DNA of 44,941 bases from Lama guanicoe (Eukaryota). Below, in pieces: positions 1-12,300 of this stretch. The notes beneath the pieces were generated by a model. That model had not been told where the DNA came from. It was given only the letters and a program-made list of their open reading frames with translations, and did not search any database. The stretch covers positions 1-44,941 of the forward strand of contig PNXV01006132.1 in NCBI GenBank assembly GCA_013239625.1. The letters run 5' to 3'. How positions within the stretch are numbered: position 1 is the stretch's first letter; each line of letters starts with the position of its first letter. The position numbers and the translations under genes were made by a program.

Positions 1-560
1 GCGTCTCGAGGAAGTCTCGCGGTGTTTGTATTTGAACAAGCTGGCGGGTGCCGGCCATGGCGGCGTCACTCCCGCGACCCGGGAGTCGGCTCTTCCGAAC
101 TTATGGGGCTGCGGGCGGCGGGGCGCCGTGGCGGCGGCCGGGCCAGGCAGCCGTGCAGTGGTTCCCGCCGAAAGACCGGAAACGTTTCTTCAGCAGCAGC
201 AGTAGCAGCGACGCCAGCGGGGGCGGCCGCTCGCAGTCCGCGGCCTCTGACGATCCTGACGACCCCGACTTCCCCGGCAGCCCGGTGGGTCGGCCGCGGA
301 GGCGCGCTGGCAACCGACTCTCCAAGGACCCGCCGAGTCTGATCGCGACCCCGAGACGTCTGAGGCTGCGAGCGCGGTGCCGGCAGAAGTGCAGCACCCC
401 CTGCGGCCCTCTCGGACCGCCGCCCTTCCCCGAAGGCAACCCGGGCCGCCTGAGCCCGGACCTCAGTGTGTGCAGCCAGACCAGGGACGACGGCGAGCTG
501 GGCACCAGTGCCTCCCTGTTCAGCATTCCGGCCTCTCCTGGCCCCGGCCCTGGGTCCCCA
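1..560. promoter_or_regulatory. CpG island over the HASPIN 5' end and promoter edge
   Basis: Very GC- and CpG-rich compared with the rest of the window; GGAAGT (ETS-like) at 10-15 and TTTGAA (CHR-like) at 31-36 just upstream of the ATG at 57. Confidence 0.75.
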
Positions 561-2411
561 GCGCCAGGATGCAGCATCTGTACCAACTCCTCCGCCTCTC
601 TGGATGGAGTCTCTGAAGTTCTGAGCGGCTTCCCGCTCCCAGCAGCCTCCGTGGACCAGGCATCTCTCCCCTGCTCCCAGGAGGCAGCGACAGCAGGAGG
701 CAGGCTCACCAGGTTGGCCCACCAAGCCCATGGCAGCCTCAGGTCAGCTCTCTTTAGCTTTTTGGGCTCAGGAAATCCTGAGGATTCTGAATTTGGGGCA
801 GATGGGAAGAATATGAGGGAGTCCTGCTGTAAAAGGGAACTAGTGGGAAGGAGGCTGGAGAGCCCAGGTTTATCAAGCATGGGTAAGAAAATGGCCACAG
901 GCCAGGACTCTTGTCGAGAGACTGGGTCTCAAGGGGCTGTCCAGATGGAATATGAGGAGACCCGTGGGTGCAGGGGAGGTGTTGTACCTGGGAAAATCAA
1001 CAGGCCTGAGAGAACTGGGCCAAGCAGGAAAAGGAAGCATCAGGAGACAGCAGATACCTCCCTCCTCCATCACCAGCAGTTTAAAAAGGGCCAAAAGATG
1101 GGAAAAGATTCATTTATCACCCAGGACTTGACTCATGTACAGAATGCCTGCTCTTGGACCAAAGCCAGGGCTTCCTTCAGTTTCCACAAGAAGAAGATCG
1201 TGACTGCTGTGTCAAAATTGTGCAGCACCTCCACCATTGCCAGTTCTCTCTCTGAGTCCTTCATATCAGAATTTTCAAACCCTCCTGTCACGAACAGAAC
1301 AAACAGTGCTCTGTCCCCTTGGCACTCCTCCTCCATGTATTTGCTAACCCCCTTAAAGATACTACATGTCACGGACAAAAAGGCATCCGATGCAGAAAAG
1401 GTTTACAGGGAATGCAATCAGGAGGGGCCTGTCCCCTTCAGCTATTGCCTGTCCACAGAAAAACTGAAATGCTGTGAGAAGATTGGCGAAGGGGTGTTTG
1501 GCGAAGTGTTTCAAACAGTTGCTAATCACACACCTGTAGCCCTAAAAATCATTGCTATTGAGGGGCCGGAGTTAGTCAATGGAGCTCATCAAAAAACTTT
1601 TGAGGAAATCCTGCCTGAGATCATCATCTCCAAAGAGTTGAGCCTCTTGTCGAATGAGGCACACAACCGCACAGATGGCTTTATTGGGCTGAACTCGGTG
1701 CACTGTGTTCAAGGGTCTTACCCTCCCTTGCTCCTCCAAGCCTGGGATCGCTATAACTCAGCCAATGGGTCTGCGAATGACCGGCCTGAATTTTTTGAGG
1801 ACAGCCAGCTGTTTATTGTGCTGGAATTTGAGTTTGGAGGGATCGACTTAGAGCAGACGAGAACGAAGTTGCCCTCCATCGCCACTGCAAAGAGCATCCT
1901 ACACCAGATCACTGTGTCCCTCGCCGTGGCGGAGGCATCCCTGCACTTTGAGCACTGAGACTTACACTGGGGGAACGTGCTTTTAAAGAAAACCAGCCTC
2001 AAAGAGCTCCATTACACCCTCAACAGGCAGACGAGCGCCATCCCTACCCGTGGGCTGCAAGTCAACATCATTGACTACACCCTGTCTCGCTTGGAGCGGG
2101 ACGGGATCGTGGTTTTCTGTGACATTTCCACGGACGAGGACCTGTTTACGGGAGAAGGTGACTACCAGTTTGAGATCTACAGGCTAATGAGGAAGGAGAA
2201 CAACAACTGCTGGGGCGAATACCACCCCCATAACAACGTGCTCTGGCTGCACTACCTCACAGATAAGATTCTGAAGCAGATGACCTTCAAGTCCAAGTGC
2301 AACACCCCCGCCATGAAGCAGGTGAGGAGAAAGATCCAGCATTTCCACAGAACCATGCTGAACTTCAGCTCTGCCACGGACCTGCTCTGCCAGCACAGCC
2401 TGTTTAAGTAA
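57..2411 (+). CDS. HASPIN: Serine/threonine kinase haspin (histone H3 Thr3 kinase), intronless; frame interrupted by in-frame TGA at 1956-1958
   Basis: ATG in strong Kozak context (gccATGG). MAASLP...RLFRTYGA N-terminus, CSTPCGP, RASFSFHKKKIV, Gly-loop GEGVFGEV, VALK, FEH*DLHWGN, haspin-specific DYTLSR, C-terminal LLCQHSLFK-TAA. ORFs 48..1958 and 1977..2411 are in the same frame; 785 codons in total, premature stop at codon 634. Confidence 0.96.
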
Positions 2412-2610
2412 GCAGGGGGCGCTGACCACCGCAAAGCCAGAGGGCACTGGCCTGGGAGCCCCTGGTGCTGTTGTTAACCTCTGTCCCCAGCGCACAATGG
2501 GAGTTCCATTCTGACAGGTTTCCAATCAGCTTTTCAAAACGAGAGTTTTGTTTCCAAGCGGAAACTCAAATGTTTGTTGAAATGTTTAAACTTCACAAAT
2601 ATTCTCAGAA

Positions 2611-2616
2611 AATAAA
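2611..2616 (+). terminator. Candidate HASPIN polyadenylation signal AATAAA
   Basis: First canonical hexamer about 200 nt after the stop codon, followed by T-rich sequence. Confidence 0.5.
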
Positions 2617-3272
2617 CTACACTGTGAGAACAAGCGTTTACAACCGAAAAGCCCTCTTTCTGTCAGCTGACTCGGTTTTGTAAATTCCGTATTTTCCTTT
2701 TTTGAGCCTTGATACTTTCTGTAGCCCGAGCAGGAAAAAAAAAAAAATCAGGAAAGCCCAAGGCCTCAGCTGCCACCCTAGTCAGAGCCTGTTGCTGTAC
2801 CACAGGCTGGTTCTGGGAACTGTTACAGGTGAGGCATCAACCAACAGCAGAGAGGCTGTGGCAAAGCAGAGTCCAAGGCAGACAGGCTGGAGGGCAAGAG
2901 GAAAGGAAGATGGGAGACAGTTTATAGGGAGAAGTGCAAGAACTGCCACATGTTTATCAAGCTCATTCACCAATCACAGAGAAGCAGAATTTACCAATTT
3001 TCAAAGGGAAAATAAATGTCTCCATGGCTACTTAAAAAGTCAGAATTTTTGCTTATTTTTTCCATCAAGGGAAAAAAACTGAAATGTCGCTTTAAAGGCC
3101 AAGCGGTTAATAGTCCCTGTGAGCATGGCTTTGGTAATTTACTGCTAATGTGTTCCCAGGTTAACTAATCTTGCTTTTACTCCTTTCCCAGAAGCCTAGT
3201 TTTTATACCTTTGAGAATCCATAGTCACTCTTGAGAGAGATGTGACCCTGCTCAAGACCCTCCACTACATAC

Positions 3273-3380
3273 CTGAGTCTTGGTCAGGTTCTTCACTCTT
3301 ACAAGGTGAAGACCTTGTAATTTGATCGGAACACAGATTTTCAGCAGGAACTCTGCTCCAAAGAGGTTCTCCCCATGTAT
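3273..3380 (-). CDS. ITGAE: ITGAE exon 26
   Basis: IHGENLFGAEFLLKICVPIKLQGLHLVRVKNLTKTQ; 108 nt, AG/GT borders. Confidence 0.93.
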
Positions 3381-6300
3381 CTGCAAAATAAAATCAGAGC
3401 AGGAAGTCATGGCTGGTGCAGCTTGGCCGCGCGGGGCTTTGCAGTGGCGGGCCCAGCACTTACATTGAAGAGGAACTCTTTGTGGTCAGAAAGCCCGCGG
3501 CTTGTGTTCATGTACATCACCGATGGCCTGCAGTCGAGAGGACGTGGGTTAGACCTCAAGGCCCCCTTCTTATTTAAATAAGCCTCAGTGCTACCAATTA
3601 GATACACTAGGACCCAGGGCACCCGATCCTTAAGAGGGATCAAAGCAAGGTAAAGTGGTCAGGCAGTTAAGATCAAGTTAGACTGTTTGAATTCTGTATA
3701 TTGGGGCTAGTTCTGGGTCTGATTATCATTCCTCAGTGTGGCCTTACTGTTTTCCTTCCTTCCTTCCCAATCCCACAGCCCCTCTCTCCTTCCCTCCTCA
3801 GTTGGCACCACTCCTCCTTTGATTATGACCATGGGGTTTCTGGGACCCAACTGTTAGTGCCCTAGAGGTGAGTGGGAGCCTGGGTTCTAAGCAGCCTCCT
3901 CTCAGGGAAGGGCAGGGCCCACCTCCCCCCGACACCAGTTGCTTCCACAGGAGAAAATGGCTGAAGCCGTCCCACAGCTGTCGGCCCCTTGGAAGCACTT
4001 ACTTGGGAAGAACTGCGATGAAGGCATGCTTGAATTGAAGGCTGTGGGTCTTACTGACCAGAGACCTTCTTTCGTTGAAACTAGGAAATAAGAGTGTCGG
4101 TTGATAGCATACCTGCTTTGTACAGACGGCTGCTGCTTACCTTGGCTTTCCGGGATCGTTGGGGGTCAGACAGAAAAGATTCTTGGAGGTGAGCAGTTAA
4201 GAGTGCAGAAGACTCGCTGGAAGACCGTACTTGGAGAAACAGTGATTTTTAAAGAGGTTTCTCAGCCTTGACAATATTGACATTTGGGGCCAGGTAGTTC
4301 TGTCCTGTCTGTTGTGTGATGTTTAGCGACATCCCAGGCCTCTGCCCGCTAGATGCCAGTAGCACCACCCCCACCCCCCGCCGGTGTCGTGGCAATCAGG
4401 TGTCTTCAGGCTCTGCCCCTGAAGGGCAGAATCACCCCCATTTGAGAACTCTTCCCAGGACCATACTCTCAAGCATAGAAGTTTTGTAGATGACATAGCT
4501 TCTTAAAGTTAAATGAACCAGAGTTAGAACTCTAGTCCAAGGCTCATCCTACCAGGCTATACCCTAGTTTTATTTTGTGTGCCAATAAAAAGGTTTTTCA
4601 GTATCTCTATCTCTGATGATGAAGGGAAAGCCAAGTCACTGCGGGGACCCAGGGCCTTCCCTGGGCTCACAGAGGTTCCCCTTCTGGGCGGTGAGGGAGC
4701 CACAGGTACTGCTTACTTGGTGATCATCACAGTGATGTTGGCTGTCCTGTTTGGGAAGGTGCTCTCCTCCAGCTGCCAAGCTAATGAAAGGGTTATCTAT
4801 TTAAAAAAAAAAAAAAGTCACTCAATTTCCCTTTATACCACTCACAGTTCAAACTGCTTCCTACTGACTAAACAGACCAGGGAGACAGAACTTTAATGCC
4901 TCCCATTATTGTAGCACAGGGGCCTTCGAGGCCTGTTACTCCAGGTAAGTCTCACAGCGTCAGGAGGGAGTGAGCAGGGCAGACAGCGTTTATCTCCCGT
5001 TTACAGCTGAGGGAAACCACTTCAGAGATCTCCCACAGCAAGAGATGACCAGTGGCAGATCAGGGACTCGCCTCAGGGCGGATAACGCTGGGTCTGAAGC
5101 TCCTTCCATACTGCGCCCAGCTTCACTCTGCTCTCCTGGGGTGAGCTGACTGGGTGGCTGCCGCCCCCACCCCACCTCTCCCTGCTTTCAGAGCACGCTT
5201 GGCAGCTCTAAGCACTGCTGCGGATGTGGAGCCTGCCACTGAGAGGTTCTAGTGAGACGGGAACAGAAGACACCAACCCCGGGGGAGTGAGTGAGAAGCG
5301 TCAGCCAGTCAAAACAGACTCACAGATGACCTCTTGAGTATGGGGTGCCCAATCTTGCAGTTCATGACCAGGACCGAAGCCGCTGGCTTAGGGTCATCAC
5401 ACTGAATGTTTGGAGAAGGCGGCTGTTAACACAAAAGACATTGTTTTTTTACAGGCAAAAAAAAGAAGCCATTTCCTTATGCCAGTTCAGGCCAGACACC
5501 CTGTTGGGAGCTGGGGACACAAATCAGACCTTGTCCTTGTCTTCCTCACAAGCTGGGCAGAAGGGCTCAGTACCAGATGGCTGAGGAATTTAAATGCAAG
5601 GCCTAAGGAGGGGTTCTGTGAGAGCGGTACAGAGACAAGCAGCAGAGAAAGACAAAATCCAGCCAGCAGGAATTTTGGTCTTCGTCGGGGTGGAGATGTT
5701 TGAACTGGGCCTCATACCAGCGCCAACGTCACGGACTGAGACGGGCCAGGCACTGCCCTGCAGCCTTCGTCCGCCATGGTCCCTCATCTGGACCACTGAA
5801 TACAGAAAGTGGTTCGAGTGACTGCATTTCCCTAATTCTCCCAAGGACGGTACATCCAATTCCATCCTAGATGCTTAGGGATCACAGCGTTCTTTTCATA
5901 GGATGAATGCCTTCCTAGGCCGGATAGCCTCAGGCCGCCAGGGACAAACCCATAGTTCGACAAAGCCAAGTTTGTTGACTCATTACAATGAGGGGAAGGC
6001 ACTGTGGTCCATCGCACCAAACAAAGGCAAAGACAGTAAAGGATTCTGGGGAGAGGTGGAGTTCAGGGGAAATGCAAACAAAGCAGGAGACTCAAGACAA
6101 AGCAGGGCTGTGTCAAAGTGCCACTCAACATGAGGTCTGGACTGCAAGACGGGCCCTGGGACCCATTTCCTTGGGAAATGTTAAGGTGAATGTGAAAAGT
6201 TATGTCCAGAAACGCTTTATCTGAAGTTCCAAGCCTCAGATGGAAAATGAGGCTGTTTCTTTGTCCAAGTGGCTTAGATTCTCCAGGCGAGAGTAAGATG

Positions 6301-9300
6301 ATTTCATAATTACAGATATAACTTCAAACAGCAAAGTTGCTGGCTGCCTGTGGAAGAAAATTTCTCGGTGCTACAGTACTTTACAGCTGCAGGTGTCCTT
6401 GGGAGAAATACCACTTCCTAGCATCGGGCAGCTGGCTTTGAGTCTGTGCTCCCGGGCTGATGAAAGGCTGGGCAGACTTCTACTTTCCAGCCCAAGCTAA
6501 TTTATTAGAGGTGATTTCTCTCCCAGAACCCTAGTTAAGAAAGGCTGCAAGCAAAAGGAGTGTTTGGGCAGCAGATAGCACCACTGAATGTTTTTAAGGC
6601 TCAGAATGACATGCTCAGACCCACTGCATGTAGTTGATTGGAGGGGATTCAGCTAGTTAATAGTCCTTATTGAGCGGACCAGGCAGAGTTAGGAGGTTGC
6701 CCTAACAAAGCAGGGATGTGGGGAGGGGAAAGCCTTGAGCTGGGTGGCAAGTTTCCAAAATGGCTGTCACAGTTACCTTTTGTATCCTCTTAAACTGTAA
6801 GTTCCTGGGGTACTTCACAGCCATGCTTGTCATGTAGGAATCTTCCCCAGAGTTACTTAGGCTGATGTTCATGGTCAGCTCCTTTGTGAGACCCACCACT
6901 AATTCCTGCCTGCACAGGGTAGGCAAATAGATAAACAGTTGATTTAGTCTGTAAAAACAGTGCAATACAACAGCGCCTGCTTAACTAACATCTTACATAA
7001 ATTGCCTAAAGGATATTTTTAGCCTTGATTCTCTTCCCCTCAGCAGAAGCAAACCCCTGGACTGCCACACCCACACAGTTGCTGTGTGACGTGACCATTT
7101 ATCTACTGGTTGCCAAGTGTCAGGGACTGTGCTAAACGCTTCACAAGCTCAATTAATCCTCGTAGTAACCCTATGAGAGTATGGTTACTCTCCGTTCTAT
7201 AGAGAAGAGAACAGAAGCCCAGAGAGGCTAACTAACTTGCCTGAGGTCTAACAGCCTCAAAAGGGACTTGGGAGAAGTGGACCTTATCTTCCTTCTACCA
7301 CTGTGACCCTAAGCAATGTATTTGGTAACACAAATTCATCCATTTCACACATATTTACAGAGAACTTTCTCTGTGCCAGGCACCCTGCTCAACATGGGAG
7401 AAACAGCCAGCAGGAGACAGACGCTGCCCTTGCCCCATCTCAACCCCAGCCTTCCCACCCGCAAAATCATCCCGTCCCTCCCAATTTGAAGGCTGTGGTT
7501 TAAAACACGAGTCTGTTGCGCCTGAAGAAGAGAAGACTTGGGGATGGGTGAGAGCATCCTTCAGTCCACTGAGGCACTGTGGGGTCCCCGAGTGCAGAAC
7601 CACTCTCAGAAATCCAGCGCTGCAGGAAAATGTATCAACAACAAAGACAACTTTGTCACCGTCTGAAATATTTCAAAGATGGCTCTGGGGAGTAATGCTG
7701 ACACATGTCTTGTGTTTTGTTTTTATCACAGCTGAGAAGAGGATAGAGTGATTGGAAGGCCAGAGGGGGCAGAGACTGAGCCCGTGTGGGATCCAACTGT
7801 GACATGACACCTGCCCGAAATAGATAGTAGTGGGGGGTGGGGGTGATAGAAACCACTGGCTGACAAGGCCACGCTTGCAAGCGGAGCCAAAAAGAGAGAG
7901 GAGTCAGGATGTGTTCTGAATTCCCAGCTTGGATGACCAAGTGGGGCTAGTCATGAGGGCAAGAACACAGGGAAGACCAGAGGGCGGAAGTTGACCAGAT
8001 GAGGTCTGTCGGGGTGTGATGAGAGGTGTCAAGAGGATAGAAAGGCCTAGATGTTGAAGTGTCAGTTGGGTATCCTGTTCTTGAGCCCAGGAGAGAGGTC
8101 TGAGAGTCATCAGAATATTTATCAGAGGTTCTTAACCTGAAGGCCAGGAACAATTTCAGAGGGCCCCAAATGCAAACACCTATGTACGCCATGTGTTACC
8201 TTCCAGGGAGAAGGGTCTGTAGTTTCCTTTAGACTCTTTAGGAGACCCAAGTCCACAGAAAGGTCAAAACCACGGAGACATTTGGATGCTAATGATTAGG
8301 CTCAATACTTCTGAAGAAGAGACTGCTAGCTGTGTACACTAGGGGGTGGTGTAGGGCCAGCTGGTCGACGTCTGTTTCACAAGGACTTGGCCAGGAGGGC
8401 ATTCTTGGCAGTAATTAACTCCCTGTTGGAAACAACTGCATCTACTTGTTAGGCTGGATTCCAAAGCACTAAAAAATCTTGAATTGGATCCTTGGTGATT
8501 GGAGAGGGGGCAGCACTAAGCCATCCACATCTGAAACACAAGTCCTGCAAATGTCTACGAGGGGGCTTACCAGGACTCAGAGAACAGTGCTCTTCCCTAG
8601 AGATGCCAGCTGGCCATCAGTGCCACGTCACACACACAGCACTAGGGGCCAGGGAGGGCATTTTTAAGACCACTACATATCTAAAGCGAAAGTCATGATC
8701 TCTTCCTCCCCACCCTGCCTTCCAAAACCGCTCTTGCAAAAGCTTCCCCAATTCAATTCTTGGCATCGCCGTCATTCTAGTATTCAGTGTGGCCCAGTAA
8801 AACTTTGCAGTAATGGCAATGGTCTCTCTCTGTCCTGTTCAGTATCACCAGCCAGCCATATGTGGGAATGGAGCACATGCAACTAAGGAACTAAAATTTT
8901 ATTTGATTTTAATTCATTTTAACTTAAGTAACCAAATCTGACCAGTCTATTGTATTGAACACACAGATCCAGAGGTTCAGGCTGAAACCTTGGAAGACTT
9001 CCTAGACCCCTCTCTCTCTTCACTCCCCTCATCCAGTCTGTCATCCAATCCTGTGGGCTCTGACTTCAAAATATAACTACTTTCATCGTTAACACCCTTG
9101 CCCAAGTCACATCACTTCTCACCTGGGTTATTACAATAGCTCCTTACTAAATCGCTGCTTCCGCCTTTGTTCCCACAGGCTATTCTCAACACAGCCACAA
9201 GAGTGATCCCGTTAAAGTGCAGGATCACGGCCGCTCCCCTGACTTCCCAGCTCACGGTAAAAAGCCTTTATGGAGACGCAGCCACAAATGACCTTTCCTC

Positions 9301-12300
9301 CCCTCACATCACCTCTCCCTCCCTCATTCTGCTGCAGCCACACTGGTGTCCTGGCCCCGCCTCCCACCTCCAGGCTCCCAACTCAGGGCATTCACAGGTG
9401 CTCTTCCTTCATTCACCCGCATGGTTCATTGCTAGACCTCCTCTCGCCTGTACCTAAATGTCACCTTCCTAGCGAGCCCTTTCCTGACCACCCTACTTAA
9501 AACTGCAACCCTGCCTCTACCAGGCACTTCCTCCCACCTTCCCTGCCTTATTTTTCTTCATAGTACATCTCATCAACAAAAAGTGGGCTCATTTATTATC
9601 TTCTCCCCCTAAAAGCACCAGAGGACTTTTTGTTCACTGACGTATCTCTAACACCTAGAGTACTTGGCACAGAAGAGAGGCTCCATAAATATTTAATGAA
9701 TTAAGTAATTTGGTTTAGAGACGAGCCAGGGAAGAAGTTACTGTTGAGGTGGTCCTAGAGTGAGAGACACTGGGTTATGAAAATGGCACTGTCCAGGATG
9801 TCAAGAGACCCGGCTCTGAGGCCACCCGATGACCGCCTGACCCCACGTGGGCCCTCCACTACCAAGTCTGTTCTCTCATCTATAAAATGGGAATACAGAT
9901 CTCTGTCCTGCCTCCCTCATTGGGTGATGGAGGACTCAGGAGATAACAGAAGGTGACTGGCTCCACTGAATAAAGATAACATGGCAGAGCCTTCCAACAA
10001 AAGACCCTGTGGCCTGATCAGGGGCTGAGCTGTCTCAGCCGGCCACCTGGCTGACGGCTCCCTGCCTGTCTTCTTTTTTGCCTTTTATTTCCCTCTCTCT
10101 CTAAGCAATAAAGCAGCTCTTTTTCACTTTGTCAATCAGTGAATGCAAAAGCCCTTTGTGGGCCATGAGGGGAAGTCGGGGAGGTGAGCGATCGGTCCTG
10201 GTGAGGTGTTTGCCCCCATGAGCCTCCAGGAGGAAGTTAACTGCAAAAATTATGACGCTGGATCCAACTCACTGAGAGACGGTGGTGGCCAACTGTAACT
10301 CTGCGACACAAAACAGCTTATTCCTGCAGGCCTTCTCATAGGGCAGCTGTAAGCAGACAGAGAGGGGCAGGGTCAGCCCAGGGACCCCGCCCCCGCCAGC
10401 AGTCTTGCCTCCTGAGCTTCTCCCTAGGACCTGCCTGTCCCTCCTGCTCACTCCGAGGAGTGCAGGCAGGGTTGACAGCCTGAGGCTGTGTCCGCGTGGC
10501 CGTGACAGGGGTGACTGTGATGTTCCTTGATCTATCAGGGATGGGGGTATGCTTGGTCCTACAACACAGGTACACCATGCGTCAGGCCTCTGACCAAGGT
10601 CAAAAACAGGGTGGCCCTGGTGAAATGGTGGGAGTACCTGTCACGTTCATATCATGTTCATTAAGCAGCAACACTCTCAAATCACCACTTTGCCTTTTTT
10701 GGAGCAGGGGATTCTACCACTGAGCAATTACCCTCCCCGACTCCTTTTTTTTTTAATGGCCGGACTGGGAATTGAACCCAAGACCTCATGCATGCTAAGC
10801 ATGCGCTCTACCACCAAGCTATACCTCCCCCCACAACTCACTATTTGGAATATCTCAGGGAGGAAAACCCATGTGAAGAAAAGCTCCCTTAGTCCCTTTA
10901 AGCAGAGGCAGGAACAACAGGGGCACAAATGGGGGAGACCTGACCCAGTACTGTCAAGGCCCTCAGCCCCCATGGCTAGTCTCTGTAGGTTAAATATCCC
11001 CTTTGCAATCCTGCCTACACCAAAACAGGCTAATTCAGAAAGTCACCCTGGGTCCAAAGGCCCAGTCAAGGTTGAAAATTTCCAGCTCAGATTGAAAAAT
11101 CAAATTTTCTAAAGGAGCTAGGTCTATTTTTATTATGAAGGAGACACAGTCAGCTCCCTAACTGGAGGATCTCTGCCTTTACCTTCCTGGCAGCCAGGGA
11201 CCGTTTCCTGCCCAGAGAGCTAGAAAGGAAACCTTCTGCTTTCCGAGAAGGGAGATGCAGTTTGCAGAAGTCCAAGCTTGGAGCCCTCTCTGACGGGGTC
11301 AACAATTTGGGGCAGGTTTTTTTTTTTTTTTCCATTTTGTTTTTAGTATAGCCAAGCAGCCTGCTCTCTTTCACTAGAGTGAAATAGAGAGCAGGACTAA
11401 AATATCCTAAGCTCCCAGCTTGAGCTCATCCTCTGGAAACATCTCTGTGCTTAACCTAACACCTAATCATTTCTCCTCACCCATTTTCTAGGTGGGGTAA
11501 ATTTTTTTTTAATCTCTTAGCCAAACCATCCAAGTAATCACTGATTAAGATAAAAATCATGAATGGATGTTAGACAGGATATATCATAGGATATATCACA
11601 TAATCTCAAAGGATCTCCCCATAAGATATTTTTAACTACAAAGGGATATCATAAAATCAAAATTTGACTGTTTATTTTCCCCCTCTGATTTCCTGCAGTT
11701 GTGAAAACGGTTTCTTGTGATACTACCTGCCTGCTGGGGTGCAGGTCTGGTGGGCCACTTAGCCTGAAGCCCCTGGCCAGGACCGGGTAGGCAGGTGCAC
11801 CAAAGCATATCCTCTCTAGAGAGCAGGGCAGGTGGGCTCCAGTCCAGTCCCTACACAGGATCCCACACCACACTGTTATCAAAGACCCTTGCCAAGCCGG
11901 GTATCCATATGTTTCATCAAATACATCGCAAGCACTTTTTGTGAACATAAAAAAATTAGCTTTGGGGTAGTTTGGAGACCAGTGTTACCCATCAGGGAGG
12001 CCCTGGGGAAAGTAATGTCATCTCAATCGCTCTCTAACCCCATTTGTACAGTGAGGGGCCCAAGTGCTGTCTGAAGACCCTCCCAACTTTAACATTCTCT
12101 CAAGTTGGGGGAGCAGGTGTTTTGGGGGGGAATGCTCCCAGGAGAGTCTGGTCCTAGCTGAGTCACCTGGAAGATGGTGGAGGGCTCAGTGTATAAGTCC
12201 AGGACAGGCTGGGGGTGGTCCCTCCGGCCCTCAGGGGTCTGGAGCTGGTAGCTGACCCTGATGCTGATGTTGGAGAAGCAGTCCTCCTGACAGAGCTGCA

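Noticed and set aside
48..56. GTG start at 48 used by the ORF track
   Set aside because: The ATG at 57 has a strong Kozak context and gives the known MAASLP N-terminus.
22..898. Long overlapping ORFs 22..342 (+), 66..731 (-) and 101..898 (-)
   Set aside because: Shadow frames of the GC-rich HASPIN 5' region, where stop codons are rare; no recognisable domain.
1956..1958. Selenocysteine codon, or a small intron removing the TGA
   Set aside because: The position is a conserved Arg rather than Cys, no SECIS was recognised, and flanking residues are colinear with haspin, leaving no room for an intron.
1977..2411. Separate 144-aa gene
   Set aside because: It is the in-frame kinase C-lobe of HASPIN after the premature stop; its 'start' is a Val codon.
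10745..10832. Functional tRNA-Ala genes (also at 13226, 32953, 38998)
   Set aside because: Diverged stems, A-rich tails and flanking duplications indicate SINE copies.
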